Source of the DNA: Phycisphaerae bacterium
GTDB lineage: Bacteria; Planctomycetota; Phycisphaerae; Phycisphaerales; UBA5793
DNA length: 64,000 bases
Assembly (NCBI GenBank): GCA_039794345.1
Contig: JBDIVQ010000002.1
Coordinates: 6,558-70,557 of the forward strand
Reading direction: 5' to 3'
The notes beneath the pieces were generated by a model that saw only the letters and a program-made list of their open reading frames with translations, was not told the origin of the DNA and made no database searches. Of the stretch, positions 45,205 to 54,216 are shown piece after piece. The position numbers and the translations under genes are program-made. The first letter of the stretch is position 1. Every line of letters begins with the position of its first letter.

Positions 45205-46208
45205 TGGCGCTGGTCCTCGGTCCATCCGGCAATCTCCTCCTCGCCCCCAGCGGCAACCTGTCGTACTCGCTCAACTGCTGCTGCGACCTGTGCGACTGCT
45301 GCGAGCAGATCGTCTGCGGACAGGACACCGTCCATCTGCCCGAGTGCGGCGAGTTCCCACTTCGATACATCGGCTTCACCGCCGACATCGACATCACGCC
45401 CTGCCAGCAGGTCTGCATCATGTGCGGCAGCCCGCACAAGGCGATCGGTCTGGGCAACAACGCCAACATCTCGCGCACCGGCAAGAAACTTGCCTGTGCC
45501 TCGACCGACCCCAATGCCGTCATCATCCCCTCGCCGGAGGACTTCTGCGAAAGCGCGAGCCGCTGCCGCGTCTGGCAGAGTTGCGCCCTGCCCAATGACA
45601 CCATCACCGGCCTCCAGATCGCGCGGTACACCGACATCGGCGTCTTCAACTGCACCGGCAACTTCGACCTCTACACGACAGCGCAGATGACAATCAACCT
45701 CGCCTACGACCACGCCAACCTGCGCTTCATCCTCGCCGTCTGGCTCTCACCCATCGGCGCCGGCGGCCAGGCGACCGGCCTGCTCTTCCTCGCCACCCAC
45801 CCCTTCGACGCCCGCAACCTGTCAGCCTACAGCGCCTTCCCGCTGACCTTCACAAATGCGCTCGGCGCGTGCGAGTGCCTGTGCCCCGACCCGGTCTACA
45901 CGGGCATCCCCGCGCGCTCGTACGCCACGAGCGGGACGGTGGTGCTGCATCTGTACGAGACCTGCGTGGAGGAATGCCCGAGCTCAGACGGCGACGGTGA
46001 GCCTGAGTCATCCGAGGAGCAACCGGACGCCGTGTCCGCAATCGGAGCAGGGACGACGCGGCCCGTCAGCCAGCACGCATCGGCCGCCGATTCAGGCCCG
46101 CCAATCGCCCCGCACCGGCAGATGGACGCAGTAGCGATCGACCAGGCGGATGCTCGCGAGGAACGACGGCACGCGTGCCGGCACTGTCACAAGCGTGCAA
46201 TTGCTTAA
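45195..46208 (+). CDS. Cys-rich distal tail / receptor-binding candidate
   Basis: Last tail gene. N-terminal LNCCCDLCDCCEQIVCG cluster, with many further Cys residues. Confidence 0.4.
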   Translation: MRMMALVLGPSGNLLLAPSGNLSYSLNCCCDLCDCCEQIVCGQDTVHLPECGEFPLRYIGFTADIDITPCQQVCIMCGSPHKAIGLGNNANISRTGKKLACASTDPNAVIIPSPEDFCESASRCRVWQSCALPNDTITGLQIARYTDIGVFNCTGNFDLYTTAQMTINLAYDHANLRFILAVWLSPIGAGGQATGLLFLATHPFDARNLSAYSAFPLTFTNALGACECLCPDPVYTGIPARSYATSGTVVLHLYETCVEECPSSDGDGEPESSEEQPDAVSAIGAGTTRPVSQHASAADSGPPIAPHRQMDAVAIDQADAREERRHACRHCHKRAIA

Positions 46209-46360
46209 GGCAGCCCATCGATGCCGACCGGGTGCTTAGAGTTGCTGGCACGCTCGCGGGCTCACGCGACGACAAGTTGTTCGACGAATCGATGGCGCGA
46301 TGGAGCAGCGACTCCACTCAGTTGAGTGTCGCGACTTGGATGTGTCACGTTGGCTGCGAA

Positions 46361-47158
46361 TCAGGCTCGAGCAAGCACTCCGCTCTCGCGCAAACCCTCA
46401 AAGTAGGAAACGAGCCGCTCCACATGTGGCCGATAACTGACGAGAATACCCGCTTCGATGTTGCGGTGCTGTGCCGCGTCCGTGAAGTTCGCTGACGTGA
46501 TGAGCGCGACTGTTCGATCGACCACGATGCACTTTGCATGGAGGCTCGCCCTAACATGCGAGGCGGGCAGGAGCGAACGAACGTCGTAGTGAAGGGCCGG
46601 GCGTGGAGTCCAGGGCCATTGCCGGGCAAAGAAGTCTTCCGTGAATCGCTGGACAATCTGCTCCGGGAGTGAAGTGTCCGTTGGCCGCCGCGGAATGTCA
46701 AGGCAGAACCAGACCCGAAGGCTTGGATGCTCTGCAACCCGTTCTGCGAGGCGTTTGAAGAGTTCACCGCCTCCGTGCACTGCGTATCCGACGAGAAGCA
46801 CCTCTGTGTGAGCACCGACAAAGAGTTCATTCATCACCGCAAACGTATCGCGCGTTGCGACTCCGTCAACGTGAGGTCCGGATAGCACGAGCTCAAACAG
46901 TGAATCGGGAGCGTCGGTCGCTTCTCGTGTGGTCGCCACATGCTCGAACAGCGTGGCGATCTGTTCAAGTGACCAGCCAGATCTCGATAGCCCTTGGATA
47001 AAGTCCTCTGCGTGCTTCTGCCCAGAGGTGCCGAGCACCTGTCTCAGGGTGTGCGCAGGGACTGCGCCCGACGGCAATGATTGACGGCACAGCGCCGCCA
47101 GCTGCCTGAGGCTCGCAGGTGTGGTGGCTTTGATGAGAGAGATGCCATCGGGGGTCAC
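46361..47158 (-). CDS. drmC: DISARM DrmC, PLD-family nuclease
   Basis: HAKCIVVDRTVALITSANFTDAA is the HxK(x)4D PLD motif. The GTG start has a GTGA overlap with drmB. Confidence 0.85.
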   Translation of the reverse strand: MTPDGISLIKATTPASLRQLAALCRQSLPSGAVPAHTLRQVLGTSGQKHAEDFIQGLSRSGWSLEQIATLFEHVATTREATDAPDSLFELVLSGPHVDGVATRDTFAVMNELFVGAHTEVLLVGYAVHGGGELFKRLAERVAEHPSLRVWFCLDIPRRPTDTSLPEQIVQRFTEDFFARQWPWTPRPALHYDVRSLLPASHVRASLHAKCIVVDRTVALITSANFTDAAQHRNIEAGILVSYRPHVERLVSYFEGLRESGVLARA

Positions 47159-48945
47159 GTGAAGAACTCCGCGTTCAGCAACTCGACCGTAGGTACCACC
47201 AGAGCTCTGTCGAGAAAGTCATTGTGCTGCTCACAGCACGTCTCGGCGATCAGTACGCACCCATGACAGGCGCTTCCCTGCAAGGGCTGGTGGTCGTGTC
47301 GATCAGGCACATGGAACGCGCACACAGGATCGTTAGAGCACAGGCGTGCTTGATCGAGCGCTCGCTTCATGTGGTGCTTGATGCGACGGCCAGCGGCCAC
47401 AAGTCCACCGAGTGTTCCCTCTGCATCGCTCGATCCAGTGTACAGGAGGATACCGTACTGGCCGGCGCTAGGGCGGCAATAGATGCGCTCGCGCAACGAA
47501 GACGACGGATACCCGCATTCTAGTGAGATGGCGGTGATTAGGAGGTGGGCCAAAGTGTGGAGCATGAAGTAAGTGGTGCCCGGAAACACCCGTGTACTCC
47601 CCTCGTGTTCGTCGAGCCACACCTTGAACCCGACCTGGAGCGCGCGGTCCCTCTGCTGAACAGGATCTCGATAAGTCCATTCGGCTATCGCGGCGGGGTT
47701 GAACTGGAGAAAGATACCCTCGCCACGATTTTCGATCGCGGGCAGCCATGAAGTGTCAATGGCAAGGGGCGCTCGTTGGACATCGATCGACAGCTCGCCG
47801 TCGATGTCTGGACCGGCGGCCTCGAATCTCGTGAAGCCCACCTGTGCGACGACCTCGCGCAGCCGGTGCACGAGCACAACCCGATCAATGCCTTGCATCT
47901 GCGGGGAGTGCCACGCAGCCACTGGGAGCGTGCGTGCGTAGAAATCGCCTTCTGGTTGATCAGACCCGAGTTCATCGCGAGTAGTGCTCAGGGCCTCGAA
48001 CTCCGCCTCCTTGACTGGTCGGGTGTCGGAAGCCTGCCCCTCACGGATCCGTCGTATCGCCGCCATGATGTCGTCTTCAGCAAACTCCTTCAGTTGCGCG
48101 GAAACGAGCGGCTTCCTGAGCTCGTATCTCAGCTCCTCGATGGACTCGACGGCGGCTAGGTGAGCATCCCACAGTGTCCGCACCGCCTCGTCCACCGTCG
48201 CGTGTGCCTCAGGAATGGAGATGACGGCCAACAACTGAGGAAAGTAGGCGTTGCTCGCGCTCCTGATGAGCAAGCGGCTTGGAACCCCGCAGCGCTCCTT
48301 CGTGAGCGGACCAAGCCAGGGGCGTGACCCGTCGCAGCTACCAAGAGCCTTCAGGTCGCGTTGAGCGGCTTGAGCCATCCGACGTTCCGCGCCGCATCCA
48401 CACCGCACCCAGACAGAATCGAGGTCGCCGGTCGTGCCTCGCTCTTCGAGATACATCTCGCGTGCACAGGCATCCCCTTCGCCATGAACGAAGGCGCGCC
48501 AGTCGATGTCTCCAACATGGCCTCGCTCGCAAGCGCGGACGAAGCGCACCGGGACGACGGACTGCTTCTTGCCGTCACTGTCCGTACAGCGCCCCTTTTC
48601 AAGATCATTCCACTTGACGAGTCGCCGCGCACGATGGCCCCGGGGTGTCATCTCCGCCTTCTGTACAATGAACCACTCAGGAAAGCGGTAAGTGGTAATG
48701 TCGGGCGTAAACCCTTTGTCCTCTATCGCGGGAGGCGGCTTACGAAGCGTCAATCCCTGTACCTGCAGCAACTCCTCGAGCTTGTGGACCAGTCGTGGCT
48801 CTGAGATCGTGGGCAGAGCTGTGTTCCTGCTGTATCGCCATCCTTCGAGGCCGCCGATAATGACGGCGTGGTCCGGTAAGTCCACCATGGCCCCCGGACC
48901 GAATGTGGTGATGAGCTGGCTGGAGCGGATTTGGGGCTTCGCCAT
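47155..48945 (-). CDS. drmB: DISARM DrmB, DUF1998 protein
   Basis: 596 aa. C-terminal Cys cluster ...QGSACHGCVLIAETCCEQHNDFLDRALVV typical of DUF1998/MrfA zinc-binding domains. TAATG overlap with drmA. Confidence 0.8.
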   Translation of the reverse strand: MAKPQIRSSQLITTFGPGAMVDLPDHAVIIGGLEGWRYSRNTALPTISEPRLVHKLEELLQVQGLTLRKPPPAIEDKGFTPDITTYRFPEWFIVQKAEMTPRGHRARRLVKWNDLEKGRCTDSDGKKQSVVPVRFVRACERGHVGDIDWRAFVHGEGDACAREMYLEERGTTGDLDSVWVRCGCGAERRMAQAAQRDLKALGSCDGSRPWLGPLTKERCGVPSRLLIRSASNAYFPQLLAVISIPEAHATVDEAVRTLWDAHLAAVESIEELRYELRKPLVSAQLKEFAEDDIMAAIRRIREGQASDTRPVKEAEFEALSTTRDELGSDQPEGDFYARTLPVAAWHSPQMQGIDRVVLVHRLREVVAQVGFTRFEAAGPDIDGELSIDVQRAPLAIDTSWLPAIENRGEGIFLQFNPAAIAEWTYRDPVQQRDRALQVGFKVWLDEHEGSTRVFPGTTYFMLHTLAHLLITAISLECGYPSSSLRERIYCRPSAGQYGILLYTGSSDAEGTLGGLVAAGRRIKHHMKRALDQARLCSNDPVCAFHVPDRHDHQPLQGSACHGCVLIAETCCEQHNDFLDRALVVPTVELLNAEFFT

Positions 48946-51900
48946 TACTCATCCCCCCAATCCCTCAAGCCCTTAACGATCAGGTCTACATTGGCCTCGA
49001 CATCTCGCATTGAGCGATTGGCGCGAAATCGCTGGTGGATTGGGGGCAAGCTATCCAGGTCTGGGTCAAGGAAGTCGTAGATGAGGCGCCGGAATGACCC
49101 GGCCTGCTCCTTCTGGTATTGCATTCGTGCACCCTCATACTGAGCGCGATCGGCGAGCCGCACCCAGTCGTCGAGAAGCTGCTGGCAGCGGTCGAGCACC
49201 TTGGTGGCGAGTTGGTTCGCGTCCGCGGGGGAGAGCTCACCGTCATGCGCTCTGGCTCGTTCTGCGATCCGAATCGCGAATGCATCGAGCTGAGAGCGTA
49301 CCGCCAGCACGGCCTGTGCGCCCGCAGCGGGAGTCAGCGTAGCGTTGCCCTGCCTGCAAAGGCCGATCAGGGCAGCGGCAAGGGCTCGATCCAACGCTCG
49401 CGGGGAGAACGGCGTGACACTCGTCGCCTCCACGCTCCGGTAGAATGTCTCATGGAACGCTGTGAATCGCTCGTAGTGCGATCGATCGCGGGGCTTGTGG
49501 ATGTTGAGAAGAGCGGCCACGAGTCCGGGCCTCTCCGGATCACGACCCACTCGGCTGGTGGCTTGGATGTACTCGGCACTGGTCTTGGGCTGGCCGAGCA
49601 CGACCATGAGGCCGAGGCGAATGATGTCTAGGCCGACCGAGATCATGTTGGTCGCCAGAGCGACATCGACATGCTCGTCGCTCCTGAATGGCAGCGCGAG
49701 GCGGCGTTTGGCCTCGGCAACCTTGTCGGTGGATACACGGGAGGTCAGCTCCACAACCTCGTAGTCAATGGTCCTGTCGGCGAAGAGCCGATCCTCCGGT
49801 TCGCGACGGCGTCGGCGACCGTACTCAATGAGCCGAGTACGAACCTCGTCCTCAATGATGCGACGGCTTCCACCCAACTCGCGGAGGGAGTTAAAGTACC
49901 CTAGCACGGTCATGTATGGGTCGGCCGGATTGGCCGGGTTCTGATTCCCGCCTGCTCGCATCCACGCATCCTGTGCTGCGCTCAAGAGCGCGAGCACCGC
50001 ACGGAGCATGACGACCTTGAGGCTGCGGCCCTGGGCAGCGATGCCGATGTATTCACGCGCGGGACTCTCTGTGGCGGGCAATGTTTCGGCGAAGAACGAG
50101 TCCTTTCGATCGGGCCCTGGGCAGGGGAAGACCTTTGTCCGCAAGTAGCCGAAGAGCGCTCGGATCTGGCTGTCCGCACGGCGCACGGTGGCCGTGCTGG
50201 CGATGATCTTGGGCGGCAGAGTAAGGCCGTCGACCTCTAGGCTCGCGAGCGCACCGATCGCGCTTTCGTAGAGGCCCGCGATGGTCCCGAGCGGGCCCGA
50301 GATCAGGTGCAATTCGTCCTGGATGATGAGGTCGGGCGGGAGGAGTGCTCCACTCGGCAAGGGCGTTCCCTTGCCGGGGTCACAGGGTCCGTAGAAGCCA
50401 TTCGCGTCGTATCGGTTCACCTTGCCAAACAGCGTGCCGGTGTGTCCGGTCCACGGTAATGCCGCGAACTTGTCGACGGTCGCGATGATGAAACACGGGA
50501 GGCGACGGTACAACGGCTCGTCGATCGCGACGATCGGAAGGTATCGGTCACCAGTAAACGGGCATCGGTGGTTCGCGCAGTGCACAAGGAGATCTGTTGG
50601 TGCCCTCAGGTTGGGTGACAATCGGAAGGAGTTGCGCGTGAACTTCGTACCGCACCATGGGCACTCTTCGAGTGGAATCGGGGAAGGCTGCCGGTCATCC
50701 TTGAGGAACCGCGTGGTCTTGGTGTAGGCCGTGTACTCTCGATGAGAGCTTTTGTCGCCCTGGTGGCCCATTCGGTTCGGTGTTGCCGCCTGGCCAACCC
50801 AAAGCCCGATCTCGAATGGCCACTCTCCCAGCGCTGGCTTGTTCGCCTCGCGCTCGAATTCCAGTGCGCAGATCAGTGCCGCAGCGCGACCGAGCTGGTC
50901 GAGCGTGAGCAGCCGCAGCGTGTACCGCATCAGCACACTTACACCCGCGCCTTGGATTCCGGGGTTGCGCAATCGACGAAGCACGAGCGTGAATGCGGCC
51001 AGACCCAGATATGCCTCGGTCTTGCCACCGCCGGTGGGAAAGAACAGGAGGTCCACAACCGCCCGGTCGTCATGCCGCGGGTCAACGATGCCGGGAAGCG
51101 TCATCAGGATGAACGCGATCTGAAACGGGTGCCACTTCGGGGCCGTCACCTTGTCCGGCGTTGAACTCTGCTGGATGGCGAAGCGTTGTCTCGCGGCCCG
51201 TGCCATGGCACGGTTGGCAGTAGCGAACGCCTGCAGGACCTGAGGATCCTTAAGTAGTGCGATTCCTGCCTCGATGCGATCCGATGCGATGCGCGCTTCC
51301 GCGAGCATGTCCTGTGCCGTCTGTCGATGGGCGCGTGACAGTGAGGTCAAGACCGTTTGCTGCTGCGCGATCCACGCCCTGTAGTGAGTCACCAGCGGGC
51401 TCAGTTTGGAGGCGGCGTCGGCTGCGTTCGTCAGGCTGCCGAGCGATTCCATGCCAAGCTCGACATCGAGAATCGCCGCCGGAGCGACACGTTCAACCTG
51501 CGCCGTGGGGATCCATGTCGTCCGAACCGTCCGGCAAGTCTGCTCTGTCTTGACTTCCTCTGCTGAGACGCCGTGCCCAACGGCGTACTCATACGCATCG
51601 CGATACTGGAGATCCGCGATGCGGTGGTCCCATTCGTCGGCGACATCGCTGCCGCGAGGGTCCGGCCGTGGCACAAATCCGGGGCTGCAGTGGAGCGTCA
51701 ATCGCACCTGGAACACGAACGCCTTGTACGCCGGTTCGGTCTGACTGCGGAAGTTGACGACAAAGATCGATACTGCCCTCGTCGCGGCGGGCAAGCCGGC
51801 GACACCCGCATCTCTGCTTGTCACGATGAGCCGGATTCCTCCGCTGCCCGGAACATCTACGTCTGCGGGCCTCGAACCCGGCGGCGGAATGGGCACAGCA

Positions 51901-52460
51901 ATGGTGTGCGACTGCGGCGTCCGACGCCAGCCCTTCTTCGCCGGCTTGCCTGCCTCTTCCGCATCGACGGCCGACTCGCCCGCGAGTTCGCCGGCCCCTG
52001 GGCCGAGGCTCCGTTGCGCCGCGGCATCATCGCCTTCGCCGGCCGCGGGCTCGCCTTTCCCCTCCGGATCCTCGAAGGCGTAGTCGCCCCAGTCGATATC
52101 CGCCTTGATCGAATCGACCCTGCCGGGGACGAGCACACTGAGCCCCATGGAACTGGGCAGGAGACTGCGGCGGGCCGCTGACTTCTCGGGATCGGCGCCA
52201 TCATCCAGACCGCCTGGCTCTGCGGGTGAGTCAATCTCCTCCGTCGAGGTCGCGTCGAATCGCTGGACGACATCCGCGGACGCGGGCGTGAGGAAACCAG
52301 TGAGATACCACCGCGTGGGCGGTTCCGGCAGCAACTCGTTGGCGAACGCGTGGTCGTTCGTCGGTCCGACGAGATCAAGGCGAAGTGCCTCGACCAGCGT
52401 CGATCGCACCTCGACACTCGTTGCAGGCAGTTGCGTCTCACTCGGCTGTAGATTCCCCAT
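48945..52460 (-). CDS. drmA: DISARM DrmA, DEAD/DEAH-type helicase
   Basis: Motif I (LLFFPTGGGKTEAYLGLAAF) and motif II (LIIQDELHLISGPLG). C-terminal helicase motifs (ATNMISVGLDIIRLGLMVV, QATSRVGR). 1171 aa. Confidence 0.85.
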   Translation of the reverse strand: MGNLQPSETQLPATSVEVRSTLVEALRLDLVGPTNDHAFANELLPEPPTRWYLTGFLTPASADVVQRFDATSTEEIDSPAEPGGLDDGADPEKSAARRSLLPSSMGLSVLVPGRVDSIKADIDWGDYAFEDPEGKGEPAAGEGDDAAAQRSLGPGAGELAGESAVDAEEAGKPAKKGWRRTPQSHTIAVPIPPPGSRPADVDVPGSGGIRLIVTSRDAGVAGLPAATRAVSIFVVNFRSQTEPAYKAFVFQVRLTLHCSPGFVPRPDPRGSDVADEWDHRIADLQYRDAYEYAVGHGVSAEEVKTEQTCRTVRTTWIPTAQVERVAPAAILDVELGMESLGSLTNAADAASKLSPLVTHYRAWIAQQQTVLTSLSRAHRQTAQDMLAEARIASDRIEAGIALLKDPQVLQAFATANRAMARAARQRFAIQQSSTPDKVTAPKWHPFQIAFILMTLPGIVDPRHDDRAVVDLLFFPTGGGKTEAYLGLAAFTLVLRRLRNPGIQGAGVSVLMRYTLRLLTLDQLGRAAALICALEFEREANKPALGEWPFEIGLWVGQAATPNRMGHQGDKSSHREYTAYTKTTRFLKDDRQPSPIPLEECPWCGTKFTRNSFRLSPNLRAPTDLLVHCANHRCPFTGDRYLPIVAIDEPLYRRLPCFIIATVDKFAALPWTGHTGTLFGKVNRYDANGFYGPCDPGKGTPLPSGALLPPDLIIQDELHLISGPLGTIAGLYESAIGALASLEVDGLTLPPKIIASTATVRRADSQIRALFGYLRTKVFPCPGPDRKDSFFAETLPATESPAREYIGIAAQGRSLKVVMLRAVLALLSAAQDAWMRAGGNQNPANPADPYMTVLGYFNSLRELGGSRRIIEDEVRTRLIEYGRRRRREPEDRLFADRTIDYEVVELTSRVSTDKVAEAKRRLALPFRSDEHVDVALATNMISVGLDIIRLGLMVVLGQPKTSAEYIQATSRVGRDPERPGLVAALLNIHKPRDRSHYERFTAFHETFYRSVEATSVTPFSPRALDRALAAALIGLCRQGNATLTPAAGAQAVLAVRSQLDAFAIRIAERARAHDGELSPADANQLATKVLDRCQQLLDDWVRLADRAQYEGARMQYQKEQAGSFRRLIYDFLDPDLDSLPPIHQRFRANRSMRDVEANVDLIVKGLRDWGDE

Positions 52461-52475
52461 CGCACCCCACGTCGC

Positions 52476-52655
52476 TCAGTCCTTCTTGACCACAACCGCT
52501 TTGCCACCGAGAAGCTTCTGCTTCCACACAGGCCACTGCTCAACCTGTGCGCTTGCCTTCTTCAAGTGCGTCACAAGGGCTGCCCGGGATTGCTGCACTT
52601 TGACAGCCTGCTGGCATTTACCCTTGGGGTCACTGGTCTGAATCCGTGTGGTCAT
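52476..52655 (-). CDS. 59-aa lysine-rich protein overlapping the deaminase 3' end
   Basis: ATG 52655 is preceded by AGGAGG embedded in the deaminase coding sequence. MTTRIQTSDPKGKCQQAVKVQQSRAALVTHLKKASAQVEQWPVWKQKLLGGKAVVVKKD. The stop lies 15 nt before the drmA start. Confidence 0.5.
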   Translation of the reverse strand: MTTRIQTSDPKGKCQQAVKVQQSRAALVTHLKKASAQVEQWPVWKQKLLGGKAVVVKKD

Positions 52656-54147
52656 TGTGCTCCTCCTGACGGGCTTTATCAAACATGTTACTGGCGATCA
52701 GCTCGAGGTCCAAGTACGATGCAGGCAGCATTTGGAGCCTCAAAGTGCCGTTCTCTGGCCTCCACTTCAGAGCTGCCCCATCCAGATTCTTTCGGTTGAG
52801 ACGCCTCCCAGAGCCCAATCTGAGCGAGAACAGGTCGAAGAACCGACGCGGGCCGACGCCGACGAACGGCTCAAAGTGTACGCGCTCGACATCGCCCTCG
52901 GATGCTTCAGCTGACAGCCCGATACAGATCGAGTCCTGGTGAAACTCGCCTGCCTTCGACTTCACATACGGCTCGATGAAGACCACTCGTTCAATACCAG
53001 CTGCCACAATGTGCTTTGCACAGTTGTGACATGGAAAGGTGGTCGAGTACAGCGTCCCGCCCGAAACGGGGATGCCTGCTCGTGCGCATGCGAGCAGCGC
53101 ATCCATCTCAGCATGAACGACTCGGCCGTACTCAGTCAGATCGCGAATCCGACTTTCCTCCAGTACGGTTCGCACCTTCTCGGCTTCGAGACCATGCTCC
53201 GCACTTCGGGAGACGATGTCATCGATGATCCGGTTCTGCTCGACCTTGTTCGAATCACTCCCCCTCGCGAAGTCCCGGCCGTCGCTCGGAAAGCCAACGT
53301 CTTCAGGCATCTTGTCCGTCGCCGGCCAGTACTGACCGCCGAGAGCCTTCGGGCAGTCATTCGCGCCCGTTGCCACAACCTGCTCACCCACATTGATCAC
53401 TGCACCAACCTGCGGCGACAAATCCGCTGATCGCAACGACGCAGCGAACGCCAGGAACATGCAGAATTCATCTAGCGTCGGCGTCACGTACGGATGGCCA
53501 AACAGCAGCGCCAGCAGTCGCCAGATACTTCGCTTCAGCCGATCTTCGTCACCATCAATACGAAGGAAGAAATCAGATAGGTGAAATGTATCCGTCACAC
53601 GCTGACCATGGTCAAGATGCTCATCAGCATCACGTTCGATCAGTTTCTTCGCATTCTCTTCTGAAAGCCGCTTGTCGCTCTTCAGGTATTCCAGTCGCCG
53701 CTGTTCATTGGCGTGAACGCCCACCAGGTAGAACCCCTGCGGGTAGATAGCCCGAAGCCGCTCCACCTCCTCTGGGTGCTTGAGTGAACTCACGATGTAA
53801 GCGCGCTTGGGGCGAGGCTCCGCCTTGCCATCCTCGCCTTCCGCTCGGCCCTTACTGATGACGCTCGCAACTCCCAATGCCAGAATGGAGTTGTCCCCTG
53901 AGTTGAGCCTCGCTTCATTGCCTGCATCCATCAACGAGGAGATGCGTTGGAATTCATCGTTCTCGTCCCACTTCTCGGGCTCGACAAGAAGTGGGATGAT
54001 GTGTTCCGTGACTCGAATGAGTTCGACGTCGTAGCCGATGATTTTCAGGCGATTCTCAAGCGCATCGCGCACCTTGCCAAGTTCTGTCCCCACAGCACCG
54101 ATCAATCCAATGACCAGTTCCGACTCTGCATAGGCGTCTTCAAGCAT
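52630..54147 (-). CDS. AvcD-like antiphage deoxycytidylate deaminase (N-terminal kinase-like domain plus a dCMP/dCTP deaminase domain)
   Basis: Zinc deaminase motifs HAEMDALLACARAG and PCHNCAKHIVAAGIERVVF, plus SPQVGAVI. N-terminal LVIGLIGAVGTELGKV is a P-loop-like start. 505 aa. Confidence 0.8.
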   Translation of the reverse strand: MLEDAYAESELVIGLIGAVGTELGKVRDALENRLKIIGYDVELIRVTEHIIPLLVEPEKWDENDEFQRISSLMDAGNEARLNSGDNSILALGVASVISKGRAEGEDGKAEPRPKRAYIVSSLKHPEEVERLRAIYPQGFYLVGVHANEQRRLEYLKSDKRLSEENAKKLIERDADEHLDHGQRVTDTFHLSDFFLRIDGDEDRLKRSIWRLLALLFGHPYVTPTLDEFCMFLAFAASLRSADLSPQVGAVINVGEQVVATGANDCPKALGGQYWPATDKMPEDVGFPSDGRDFARGSDSNKVEQNRIIDDIVSRSAEHGLEAEKVRTVLEESRIRDLTEYGRVVHAEMDALLACARAGIPVSGGTLYSTTFPCHNCAKHIVAAGIERVVFIEPYVKSKAGEFHQDSICIGLSAEASEGDVERVHFEPFVGVGPRRFFDLFSLRLGSGRRLNRKNLDGAALKWRPENGTLRLQMLPASYLDLELIASNMFDKARQEEHNDHTDSDQ

Positions 54148-54216
54148 CGTCCTGCTCCGATTGCGCAGCGATCCCCAGTTGTATACGATACGGCAAGAGC
54201 CCGTGGTGGCTGGGCT

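Larger units (their letters stand above)
11140..46208 (+). mobile_element. integrated siphovirus-like prophage (integration, replication, methylase, TA, packaging, head and tail modules)
   Basis: Contiguous phage modules, listed individually below. The left limit is set at the first conserved regulatory repeat and the right limit at the last tail gene. True att sites were not identified, and the element may extend over the DISARM locus. Confidence 0.75.
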
